From NCBI GenBank assembly GCA_010405405.1, contig MU004244.1:189895-253894 (forward strand): a DNA stretch of 64,000 bases, given 5' to 3'. The translations under genes were made by a program, and so were the position numbers. This document shows positions 37,185 through 48,725 of this stretch, one piece after another. This DNA is from Microthyrium microscopicum. Lineage: Eukaryota. Under the pieces are notes generated by a model. It was not told where the DNA came from and made no database searches. It was given only the letters and a program-made list of their open reading frames with translations. The first letter of the stretch is position 1. Every line of letters starts with the position of its first letter.

Positions 37185-38723
37185 TCTTAGGAACGTTATA
37201 TAATTGAAGTGTGGGGTATCAAGAGAAGAGAAGCCAAAGAGCGTAAGGGAGTATTGCCAAATGAGAGGAAAAGCACAATGAAGTACTGAAAGGCTGATGC
37301 AAGGGATGGATTGGGAAGAAAGCTACGCATTCACTATTTGAGAGCGAATTATCCTAAATATAAGTGCATGATCAAAGCACAATTCCAGTCTATAGAGTCC
37401 AGTCTTACTTTGTTGTCAGGGGCACATTGCTATCAATGTTTATTCGCTTACATTACGAAAGGCGTTGTAAAGTTCCGCCTTCAACATGCTTCAATAGGAG
37501 CATCTTGGCGAAAAAGGTGAAGCATTCCAAGATCATGACGATGCTGATAGGCTGAGGGGGTAACTGTTATTCCATTTTCCGCGTTATGGTTTTGTGACCA
37601 AGCCATTGGAGCAATCGTGTGGAGATTTGTTGAAGACTGCCATTCAAGTTCAGTCGGTTGTGGCTTGCCTGTTGATCCCAAGAGGTTAGCGAACGTTGAC
37701 ACACAAGCTTCCAAAAGAAAAGTGACTGCTTTCGGAATCGGTCCAGCCTTTTGGTCTTTGATAAATCCATTCTAAAATCAGGAACTTTCGATCGTGTTGA
37801 CCATACCTCGTCATTTCCCGTGCAGCAATACGGAATGCAGATTTGGGTAGATACCGGATGTTTGCAATGTCAAGCAGCTCACAAGCTGGTCGTTCAACAT
37901 GCATCGTATGATGCTTGTTCCAGATTGGCGCATTGCTTCCAATGCCCCGTAGGAGAGCGGGGCATGTCAAGTATCGTTCAAGGGTCAAGACTCTAAAGCT
38001 ATGAACAGTCCAAGTTCTCTGTGGCGGGCTGGTTCACCTTATTTGGAGATTGCTGCCACAGCGAGCACCGCCTACCGTCATGTTCGAGCCTTACGGGTTC
38101 TAGGTCCCCAGTGAGCGTGCTGGTTTACTGGTAGGCAATTCACAGGCTTTGGTGGCGCCAAATGGCCTCCTGCGGCTGGAATGGCATGACTGTCTGATCA
38201 ATTGATGTTAGGCGGAAAGCACTAATCGCATTATTGAAAAATTGGAATAAAGGATGCAATGTGGTTGAAGAGCGTTGAAGGTGAAGTTGGCTGACATTGA
38301 TGTTGGACAGGGCAAGGCAAGGCAAGCCGATCATTCCCGAAATAGCTGAGATTGTGCCCTTCTGCATCTCCATCCGCAAGTTTACCGACCACTCACTATC
38401 ATGATACCATCTCCAAGACTCAAATTTTCCAAAGCAACACCTCATCAGAGCAACAAAATTAATCACTTCCAAGCGAATCAATCCTTTAGTCTCATCAGAG
38501 GTACTCCAAGATTCCGCCCCACGACTAAGAGTCTACCTCTCGCAAGTCTTGGTTGATTAGTACTCCTGACTGTACATTATCTACCGTATCTCGCATTCTC
38601 AGAGCCTGTGGGGAGAGCCAGACCCCTGTTTCACCTGAGCTCTGTGCAAAGGTCAGAATGCCCATCCCACTACGAGAGTCTAATACGTATTGATCATCTC
38701 ATTTACGATCAACATTTCTCAAA

Positions 38724-39671
38724 ATGGGTGATGCCGAGTCGGACTCGTATTCAGTCAACATGAAAGCACGAGTTGGCCAATTAGCACGCCTACTTCCCAC
38801 ATTAGAGTCATCCGTTCAAACATTCGTGAATTCAAAGTCGAATTTCACTCGTATCGCAACCAACGACTCGCAATCGCCATGGCCTGGATTTGCAAGCGGA
38901 GAGACACGATCGCAAGAACAAATTCAAAACGCTCGCAAGTTGTTCATTCTTGACTCATCGTATAATCCACCATCCAAAGCTCATGCAGCATTGGCTCTTT
39001 CAGCTTTGCATAGCGTTTCTTCAACAGAATCAACACGGTTGCTTCTTTTGTTCGGTGTATCGAACGCCGATAAAGGTTTCAAGCCCGCAGCATTTCACCA
39101 CAGACTTGCAATGATGATCTTGTTTGCTCAAGACCTGCGAGAAAGATCGAAAAACTTCGAGTTTGCAGACATCCCCATAGATATTGGACTGACATCTGCG
39201 GCATACTACACGGACAAGTCACCGGCCATTTCTGAATCCGGCGTGTATGCTGACGAGTGCACTCATGTACATATGATCGGTTACGATACTCTCATACGAT
39301 TTCTGAATCCAAAATACTACGAGAAATTCGACCCACCTCTCTCGGCGTTGGATCCCTATTTCGACGCAGGACACCAGATTAGAGTACTACTTCGTGCAAA
39401 TGAAGACGGGAATGACGAGCAAGAACTGAAAGCTCAGAAAGCTTATATCACTAAACTCGCTGTTGCAGACAGTACGAGTCGTGAGCTTGGCTTCAAGAGA
39501 GAATGGGCTCAACAGATCGTCTCCATGGAAGATATTCATGCAGCAGGAATAAGCTCCACACGGATACGAGAGGCTGTCTTCCTTCACAAGTGGGAGGCGG
39601 TTGAGAGATTAGTAACTCCTGGAGTATTTGCGTGGTTACATCAGCACCACATTTATGACGAACCAACCTGA
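38724..39671 (+). CDS. POF1: Pof1-like nicotinamide-nucleotide adenylyltransferase (cytidylyltransferase fold)
   Basis: LDSSYNPPSKAH, NADK, IGYDTLIRFLNPKYY, ISSTRIR. Confidence 0.85.
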   Translation: MGDAESDSYSVNMKARVGQLARLLPTLESSVQTFVNSKSNFTRIATNDSQSPWPGFASGETRSQEQIQNARKLFILDSSYNPPSKAHAALALSALHSVSSTESTRLLLLFGVSNADKGFKPAAFHHRLAMMILFAQDLRERSKNFEFADIPIDIGLTSAAYYTDKSPAISESGVYADECTHVHMIGYDTLIRFLNPKYYEKFDPPLSALDPYFDAGHQIRVLLRANEDGNDEQELKAQKAYITKLAVADSTSRELGFKREWAQQIVSMEDIHAAGISSTRIREAVFLHKWEAVERLVTPGVFAWLHQHHIYDEPT

Positions 39672-39802
39672 TTCGTTTGATGGTGAAATTCAACGAATGT
39701 CGAAACTAGAACACTAGAGACGATACTGTATGGCCATAAAAGTCATTGATTCAATGTACACGCTACGTAAAACTCCAGCATATTCAAACATTCATAAGTC
39801 AA

Positions 39803-42724
39803 TCAAACATTCACTTTATGTTTCCCTGAGCCAGCACCAGGCGGTACAGATTCCAGCGCATTTTCTCCCTCTGCACTAACAATACTTCTGCCGTCAACAT
39901 CGCAATTAACAACCCTTAGCTGCTCTCTTGGAACAGTAAACATAAGCTGAACCACTCGAGTCTGTGCAGCTGTTTCCACATCCCACTCTTCATCATCGTC
40001 ATCATCTTCCCCTCCCCAGTCTTTAGCTCCTCGCTTGCTCTTCCAAAAGGCGGCATCACTAGCACTCCTTCGAGGAACGACTACGCCACCAGGATTTGTA
40101 GAAATTCCGCTAGCAGATGCTACGCCTGTATGGTCGTCCTCCACAGTTCTAGAAGATGTGTATCTCCCTCGGGCACTACTGGCTGTTAAACTTGTGCTTC
40201 GTCCTGCAGCTGGCAATGAAATGCCAATGGCACGTTTCACGCTTCCCACCCAACTTCCAGCAGGATGAGCCTTGCGGGGAGGAACGCTCGTTGCCGGGAC
40301 TTCTGCAGGCTGAGGAACTTGTTTGCGAGATATGGGCGGATATGCCCCTAATAGAGCCTCACTCTCTTTCTGAAGCTTGGCAAAATCTGGTGGCGCACCA
40401 GCCCAAGCATCTGGATGCTTAGTCCGTACGGTAGGGGAGGACGCCGAGTAGCTACCAGCGGAATTTGGCTTTGATGTCAAAATTGGCGACACATTTCCGG
40501 AAGCATCAGCGCCATCTCTACTCCCTATCGTAGTTCCAAAGGGGCTAGTGATTGAACTCAGGAGTGCTGCAGACCTCGTGGAAAAAGTCCGAGCAAGCGT
40601 AGACACGGGGCCACTAGCTGTTCCAGAGTTGCTAGATCGAGCTGAAATTGCAGAGATGGTTGACAAATTTGAAAGTGTGCGATCGGATTTGGTGGGAGAT
40701 TGGCGACCAGGAATCTCTAGTCCTGCCACGGCGGCTCCCTCTGATTCACGGGCCATTCTTTCTCCTGCTCGCTCCCAGCCTGTGACCCAAGACCGAATTT
40801 CCTCCTCTTGCTCTTCACTCGCTGATACTTGGCTTATTGGACGGGTCCCTTTGTTGACTGGATGGCTGCCAAGGGGGTCAACAAATGGGTCAGGCTCAAT
40901 TGAATATTTCCCCATAGCATTAGACTCGTTTCCATCTATTTCTTGTAGCTTATCACCATTTCTCGTCATCTGCGGAGTTTCTTCTCCTTCTGCGATGGGA
41001 TGTATATGATCACGATTCCGTATCGATCGTTCGTAAGGATAAGGTCCTCGACCAGCAGTACTTTTGCGTAATCCTTTGGTATGAACAATGTTCTCTGCCA
41101 TTGAGCTTGAATTGGATGATGAGGCTGGCTTGGAGTTTCTCAAAGTGATCTGAGAGTTAGAATCATCCGTTATAGTATCGCGAGGAGACATTCCAGCCAT
41201 TTCTGGGTGTATAGATGACGAGTTGGGATTTGGATGTACCATTCCCCATTCATCAGAAACATATCCTTGCTGCATACTACGCAGTTCATCTCTTCTCTGT
41301 TCCCGCTTCCACCGAAGCCGACGTTTGTACCACAAGTAGAATATGAACAATGCAATAAGAGCGACGACAGCAACTGCGAGACCGACGCCTAATCCGACTT
41401 TTTGTGAAGGACTTGATAATGCACCGCCATGAGATGTGCTTTGGGTATCGTCCGATGCTGGTGGTGCATGATAGTCCGAGATCCACGAGTTTGAGGTAAG
41501 ATTATAGAGATAACTCTTGCCATTAGCTTGCTGAGCAACATCCCTCTTTCGATGAGATGCTGAAGCTGCGATGTTATAACCTCCCATGACGAGCATAACG
41601 TTTCCTGGAAGCATGAGAGAACCATGGCCGTATATGCCGGAGCCAGAAGGCGGTCCAGATCCTTGAGGAGAGGAAGCTGACCATTGCCAGTTACCTGTCC
41701 CACCGTAGCCATCTGCTAAATTTAGAACCAATAGCTGTGGTGACGCTGCTGTATTTACGTCTCCAACCCAGCCTCCAAAAATAACAATTTGTCGACCATC
41801 AGCTGAAAGCGTTGCAGTGTGTCCAGAACGTGGCTCCAATGTCGATTCGTCCCTAACTGGACCAGTTGTACCGGTTCCTACAATCGAGGAGATAGAAAAG
41901 TATGACCAGGTTTCTTGTGGCAGCGAGTATATAGCTGCTTGCGATATGTTCAGAAATGCAGTACTTGTATGGCCTCCAAGTAGCAGAAAACTTTGTGAAG
42001 CACTGACAGTTCCATCCGTCCGATTCGAATATGAAGGAGTCAAGGGTGTTAATGAATGGCCTGCCTGGGGGACTGGAGGCGCTCTGGCGGCCACTGTGTT
42101 GACATCATAATGGTTGTTGACAGCCCCAATCTGAAGCAATGATCTGAAATATGACGCTGAACTTGTCCATGTCACACTTGTCGAATTATCCCAAGGACAC
42201 ATTCCACCAAAAGTGTACATCTTTGGATTGCTTTGGGATCCACTCGGATTGGATGCGAACAATATTGCTGACGCCAGAAACCCAGTATTTTGCGCTCCGT
42301 TGAAACTCGACGTTGCAACTTGACTCCATGTGCCAATGCTTTTGGTAGTCCCACCGGTGGTCAACGACCATACGGTAACGTCAGTGCTACCTTGTGAACA
42401 TCCACCAACCAAAACTGTGATAGTGCCATTACTATCAATAGAGGCCGAGAAAGGCAGGGAATTTTGGTTATCCAGAAATGGCAAGGTTGTTTGAATGGTC
42501 GTCGTGGGCACGAAAGCGCTGGAGATATGAGCTGACAGGTCAATCCAGTTGAGTTGAAATTGCTGAGACGTGGAAGATGCTGGCTGGAGCACGTATGCTA
42601 CCTTGGAATTTGGAGAACTGAGAATTTGGGTTGGGTTGTAAGGAAGATTTACTGCAGCCACGGTCTCGATGAGTAGAAATACCGCGAATCGAAGCAGTAC
42701 AAATGGATCTAACAGTGTCTTCAT
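39803..42724 (-). CDS. Type I membrane protein with extracellular kelch/galactose-oxidase-like beta-propeller
   Basis: Signal peptide; kelch GG motifs (FGGMCP, LLGGH, PRSGHTA, IFGGW, YGHG, VMGGY); TM helix GLGVGLAVAVVALIALFIFYLW followed by KRR; disordered tail ending WDVE...RVVQLMFTVPREQLRVVN. Confidence 0.85.
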   Translation of the reverse strand: MKTLLDPFVLLRFAVFLLIETVAAVNLPYNPTQILSSPNSKVAYVLQPASSTSQQFQLNWIDLSAHISSAFVPTTTIQTTLPFLDNQNSLPFSASIDSNGTITVLVGGCSQGSTDVTVWSLTTGGTTKSIGTWSQVATSSFNGAQNTGFLASAILFASNPSGSQSNPKMYTFGGMCPWDNSTSVTWTSSASYFRSLLQIGAVNNHYDVNTVAARAPPVPQAGHSLTPLTPSYSNRTDGTVSASQSFLLLGGHTSTAFLNISQAAIYSLPQETWSYFSISSIVGTGTTGPVRDESTLEPRSGHTATLSADGRQIVIFGGWVGDVNTAASPQLLVLNLADGYGGTGNWQWSASSPQGSGPPSGSGIYGHGSLMLPGNVMLVMGGYNIAASASHRKRDVAQQANGKSYLYNLTSNSWISDYHAPPASDDTQSTSHGGALSSPSQKVGLGVGLAVAVVALIALFIFYLWYKRRLRWKREQRRDELRSMQQGYVSDEWGMVHPNPNSSSIHPEMAGMSPRDTITDDSNSQITLRNSKPASSSNSSSMAENIVHTKGLRKSTAGRGPYPYERSIRNRDHIHPIAEGEETPQMTRNGDKLQEIDGNESNAMGKYSIEPDPFVDPLGSHPVNKGTRPISQVSASEEQEEEIRSWVTGWERAGERMARESEGAAVAGLEIPGRQSPTKSDRTLSNLSTISAISARSSNSGTASGPVSTLARTFSTRSAALLSSITSPFGTTIGSRDGADASGNVSPILTSKPNSAGSYSASSPTVRTKHPDAWAGAPPDFAKLQKESEALLGAYPPISRKQVPQPAEVPATSVPPRKAHPAGSWVGSVKRAIGISLPAAGRSTSLTASSARGRYTSSRTVEDDHTGVASASGISTNPGGVVVPRRSASDAAFWKSKRGAKDWGGEDDDDDEEWDVETAAQTRVVQLMFTVPREQLRVVNCDVDGRSIVSAEGENALESVPPGAGSGKHKVNV

Positions 42725-44325
42725 GATTCTGTACCGGAGGTTTATTGGTCTGATATTGTGTCGCTAGGTCATTTTATTGACAAGAAAAGTCGCCGCATTT
42801 GTGTCGAAGTGCTGATCGTTGATCCACTGCCTACGCTCCCGGGCTGTAAGCCTAATCTCAAGATTCAAATGGCATGAAATAGTAAAACTCGAAGGTGGTA
42901 CAGAGATTGCGACAAGGGAGTGCGAGAGAATAGGCCGTTGTAAGATGTCTCAGTGTAGTTGAGTTGACGCATAAGTTGAATGTGGAGTTGATAGGCGATG
43001 CAGAATCGTAAACAAAAGTTTGACAGCGGAAGTATATCCGATGATTACTCTACCGCAATGAGGGATGTAGTGCCGAATAGAAACCAAGCCAATAAGCGAG
43101 TAAGCGCGAGACACGGACAGTGGATCTGTATAAATTTACGCAAGCCACAAGTTGCGCAACTCACAAGACAAATACCTAGCCGATGGACGCGGCAAGTGAT
43201 AGCTGACGATGGGCTGAAAACAAGCAGATTGTGAGCGCGAAGGCAAAGCCATTAGCCAAACACGTTGGAAAGTGGGTGTTTAAAGAAAGCAGAAATGCAG
43301 AAGAGACTCGAATTATGCGCACTAAGAAGTTTATAGGAGCACCAGCAATGATGGCGTCTCAAGATGCCTCGAAGAGCAAACGAAGATTGGTGGAGCTGAT
43401 AAAAGTCAAATAAGAGCGAGCCCGATAGCCTGGTTGCTAGGCAACGTTTTAGTCAGCCATGATCCTTGCGGATCCATGTGGACACATACACGCGGCAAGC
43501 ACGATCCTGAAGATTCGGCCCATGCCACGGCGTGCACCAGGCTGACGGCAATCTCATCGGCTTGCTGGTACCTCACGCGATCAGCACGAATCGGCCCGGA
43601 TCGGGTATCTGGCAATGCGCCTTCATTAAATGTTGACCCGTGGCAATCTTGATCTGACGATGGTACTTCACTCCTTCTCTTCCGAACATTTTCGATTCTT
43701 TTTTAGACAGCTCTGTACAATTCAAGGAAATATTATTGTTACTTTCCTTCTTCCGCTTCATGGCGGTAGTTGCAATGGCATCAATCAGACTTGCAAAACA
43801 CTAAACTGAGACCACTAGCACCTGCAGTGCATGATGTAGCTCTTTCAAAATTCCCAGTTCCAAGGTTACTGCTCTACTGGTAGTGTTATCAACTTGATTT
43901 GCACTGCCACAAAGTCCGCGAGTCCTTCACGACGCCCTTTCATCATTAAACCTTCATCTCTTGCAGCTTCGTACCGCATTGGCTCTGTTGGTCTGGCTCC
44001 AAAGCGCTCTGTAACCTCAAACTTCTCCATTCCTGGTCCCGCGTGCCCTATCCATCTGCGCCGCTTGATACCTTACTTACCTTGATCCGCCAACTCATAC
44101 TGCCTAAGCTGTCACGTTTAACAGTACATGCATCCCTGGTTATATTAACCTCTTGGTTACCTAATTGTTTATGATAGCATAGCACCAAGCTTCCTTCCTG
44201 TTTTCACAAAGTAGGCATCATCAAATAATCTTAGCGCATAATCACTACCACCGCTTTCAACAAAGACTGTCTTACTGCCTTGGTATATTTACCATTACAA
44301 TTACCTTCTCCTTGTAGAAAGCACG

Positions 44326-46337
44326 ATGAAAGCGCATCTCAGAAACAGGGCCAGAGCCCGATCTCTTACCACTGTTGCTCCTCCTATGACATCTGCAGAG
44401 TACTCGCAAGAGTTGGCCAAATTTGCTTCTAGCATCTTATATCAATCACCAATCTGTTCGAAGACTGGCCATGCAATATACATTCTGAACGCTGCTGCGC
44501 TTCCAGATACCCAGGAGGTGGATTACGATGCGCTTCTACCATATGTCGTTTCTCGCCTACCTGGAGAGGATGATTTGATCAGCGGCACAGAATATGAAGT
44601 TGTGTTCTTTGCAGGAAGTAATGCTGGCAGTGCCACCAATTCGAGGAGAAATAGGCCGGGATGGGGATGGCTGATTCAGGCATATCACTTGCTGTCAAGA
44701 GCCATGCGAAAACGAATACAGAAGCTCTACATCGTTCATGAGCGGACTTGGGTTAGAGTAATGACCGAAATGTTCTCGACAGTTGTTAGTCCAAAGTTCC
44801 GTCGGAAGATTGTGCATGGTATGCTGAATCTGGCCCCTGGGTTTTATCCATCCATGCTAACATCTTTCTAGCTTCTTCTTTGACCCAGCTAGCGCTTCAT
44901 TTGAACATCGAAGATCTTCTCATACCGCCCTCAGCCTACCTCCAGGATCGTAAACTCAATTCTGACATATACTCTCCGAGCAGCCCCGGCCGCCGTGTAT
45001 TTGGCGCCAAGCACCCGCTGCCTGCTGGCTTCGAAGGGAAACGCCGACTACCAAGAGTTCTGCGAGAAACGACTGCTTTCATCTTGACTGAAGGCGTCAT
45101 AGAAACCGAAGGGATCTTCCGGATATCTCCACCAGCCAAATTGAGAGAGATTCTCAAAGAGGCATATGACAGAGGGCAGAAATTTATCATCTGGAAAGAT
45201 CACGACAAATTTCTACCGCTTCCACCTTATCCGAATACGATCGATCTTGCTGCACTGGTAAGCGAAATTGACACCTCTGAAACCTATGGCTCGCATTTAG
45301 CGGCTGGAATCATCAAACTATGGTATACTGATCTCCGTGAGCCACTGGTACCTCAATCTGCATATCGAGAAATCTACAAGCTTTTCGGGGATACCCAAAA
45401 AGACATAACCGTCGATGAATTGGCCGACTTTCTTGGTCTATTTTCTCAATGGTCCCCTCTACCTTCCGTCAGCCGAGAAATACTCGCTCGACATCTTCTA
45501 CCCATGCTCTCAGAAGTCACCGCCCACCAAGACGATAACAAGATGACTCCGGAGAACCTCTCTGTATGCTTTACTCCTACTCTCCTATGTGGACCCGATC
45601 CGATGGAGGATGTGAAAATGTCCACCGTCTTACGACGAGTCCTGACGAAGGCGATCCTGGAATGGCCTAAGCTATGTGAAGTGTTTGGGACGAGCTCACA
45701 AGCCTTCTGGGACGACCTCAAAGCACCAGACCTGGTTGACTATTATGAGGACCCTATAGAACAACAAGAGGCTCGATCATCACTCGGTCCCGCCGACATA
45801 GAAACCCAGCGAAGTGGCATAATTCTTCAAGACAACGAAGGCCACGACTCAGATAGCTCGGGTGTTGGTGAGGATATCTTCAAATCAATGAGGCCACCAC
45901 CCCTACCTCCAAGATTGCAAACCCAGCCAACAAATATTCAAGCACCACAACTACCTCCTCGATCTACACCAACAGATCAGTATGCTACAGACCCTCCTGA
46001 ATACTACGGGCCACGATCTCGCGCCAATACCGGTGGGAGCTCTCGCCCAGGCTCGAGTGATCAATCACCTTATAGGAGAACGCCGACTGTGGGTGGCCAA
46101 ATATCGGTATTGCCACCAAGATACTCTGCCGTCGTTGCTCAGGATATGACAAACTCCCCGAGTTCGTACACAGGACCAGCTGATGGCTTCGGACCTGCAA
46201 GACGGGGCGATTGGAGCTTTGATCCGAGTGAACATAGAAACTCACCAATCTCCTCCGACCCTATGCATACTCCAATAACCCCTAGTAGTTCTATCAAACG
46301 AAAGCCGGTTGGCTCTAGTGACGAGAAGAAGGTGTGA
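44326..46337 (+). CDS. CRAL-TRIO (BCH-like) plus RhoGAP protein, Ecm25-like (intron at ~44819-44871)
   Basis: YEVVFFAG...RKRIQKLYIVH..VSPKFRRKI; RhoGAP EGIFRISP (Arg finger), LREPL, NKMTPENLSVCFTPTL; Pro-rich tail. Confidence 0.9.
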
Positions 46338-46945
46338 CAAGCAGCATGATACTGCGGTCTGGCTCTTAGCCGATATGAAGTGCTCTGGGGTGTGGAAAGG
46401 GGGCTCAATAATTGGGCTGTATTGTGTAGTTCATGAAATAATGAAGTAATGCCCGTTTGCTTATTCTTTCCTATTGATTCAGATAGGATTTGATTTCACT
46501 AACCGATTCTATTTCTGATATCAACGCAAGCGAGTGACCAGCCCACAACTTGTTGGCCACCAGTCCACGCCAATCACAAGAAATCCAGCCACCACTGCAC
46601 GCGTAGTACGAATCCGGCGGCTCGAAAGTCTATAATCGGCATCAGGTTTCCGCTGTGGAGGCTATAGCCGCGTATGAAATCGTCACTCTATTTTGTTCGA
46701 AGTAAGAGAGGCATTGCAAAATATCTTCAACCGGTGACGACCTCTCCTCAAAGCGCAAAGCTTTACTCATTTTTGAGAGGAAGCTAGACTGAAGACCTGC
46801 TCTTACTGTATACACTGCTCCTATATTCGTTCCTGCTCCAATTTCCATGCAAATGGCAGGCTTCACCATGTACCTACCCCATAACATTCGCCAGGTGTCG
46901 AAACCGCATTGACTATAGGAAGCAACAATAGCAGCTTTGACTCGA

Positions 46946-48189
46946 ATGCCCGTTTTATCTCATTCTGTGCCCATTCATTTACATCCTGAAAACGAACAAC
47001 CTCCCGAATGCTCGATCATCATGAAGAAACAAGCCACCTGGTTTGGTCAGGCCGTTCCTGAGGTACTACATCCATATAACCTAAAACTAACAGCATCACG
47101 AATTCGCGATGTGCTGGATCCTCTAGTTGCCCGTGAAGGGCCATCTGCATTGGAACCTGACGATGTCCTAACACTCCACACACTCCTCGTTGCGCTACAA
47201 ACCATTCGGATTCCTATGGCTGCCATCCGGTACTCTCGCATACATATAGCTGTGGCAGAAATACGTGGAAAAGCCACCCGTTGGCCAGCAAGGCTGGTTG
47301 ATGAAGCGGATGCCGTTATTTCTCTCCTAGAAAGTCGGCATGGAGCACTGTCACAGATCAAACCGCCATTGTTCAATACGAATGGACGTCTTTGGAAAGT
47401 CTGCGATCCTCACGAATTTACACGAACGGTATGTAGGCGACCATTGTGGAATTTTATGTCGCTGATTGCCATAGGCGCTCTACAATCGGTTCATCTCGGA
47501 TGATCCCAGCAATGTGGATGATAGACGAGCGTATGAATATGGAAATGTGGGATTTCCCGTAGGAAGGTCAGTCTCCTGCACATACAGGGCTAAGATTTTG
47601 AGCCGTAGCGCTAATCCATGTAGCTGGTGGATCAATTCCTTGTTCGCATTTCGCGACGGAATAATCGATAGCCGTTCAGTTGATGGTGGACTGTGCTGGA
47701 GTGGTCGAGGCTGTTACGCGATTGTTCTTCGTGGACGTGATGAGATAAACTGTCAGTATCCAGACAAGTTCACCTACGATTGCCAGCACAATGATCGGGG
47801 CATGTTCCGGCTGACTGCCAAATGCCACGAACGCGACCGATGTTTTGTGCGTGTACTTCGAACACATGCCCTCTACTCTCTCTGGGCCCCAGTGGCAGGA
47901 ATACGTTACGATGGAATGTTTGTGCTCGTCTTGCTGTTATCCAAAAGTGCTAACCGTGACTCATTCCAGGTACAAAGTTGTGGGTTGGACTTGGAAACCA
48001 TCGACCGACGAGCAACTCAAATCGCAGAAGATTCATGTCAACTATCAAGTTCATCTAGAGCGAGCTGATCCCACTCCAATCGAAGAGGCCCTGAGGCATC
48101 CTTTGGCTGACGAACTAGACGACTATCGCGATTACAAGATTTCCATCCATGAAGAACGCCAAAGAGTCAAGGCCGAGCATCAGGTTTAG
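46946..48189 (+). CDS. SRA/YDG-domain protein (three introns; ends uncertain, may splice on to ~48483)
   Basis: Spliced GFPVGSWW...AFRDGII, YAIVL, VRVLRTH...WAPVAGIRYDGMYKV. Confidence 0.8.
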
Positions 48190-48725
48190 CAAGCCAATCG
48201 AGGCCAAAGACTGGGTCATCATGGAAGAGAAGATAACGGCTTAACAAATTTAAGCAGCATGAGCAGCAATAGCAAATCCGACCAGCATATGATGTGGGCG
48301 GATAATGTTGATGTCATTCAAAGCTACGACGGGCAGAATGATCCAAACGGGAATATTCAGCGGAATGCTCAAGTAGGTCGGACCCGTCGAGCGGAAGAGC
48401 CAGAGACAAATGCAGAGGTTGCCGAGAGATATCACAAAACATTCGATGAATGGGCCCTTGGAAACCCGTGGCGATCGCAGTGAGCCTTGTGTGGTGGCTA
48501 TATGGATCAGTATGGCAGCAACGAGTGTGATCCTGTACCATTTCTATAGTGCTTCCAACGTTAAATTGTTAGCACGCCCTATACCCCTAGCAGTCTTGTT
48601 TTATAGGAACTAGGATTGTGTCATTGGAATAGTTTCTGGATTCTTTCGATGGATGTATGCTCATAGACTAATCTCGGCGTCAGAAAGCTGCTTTCTTATT
48701 GCGAAATGACGACTTTATTTAAGCT

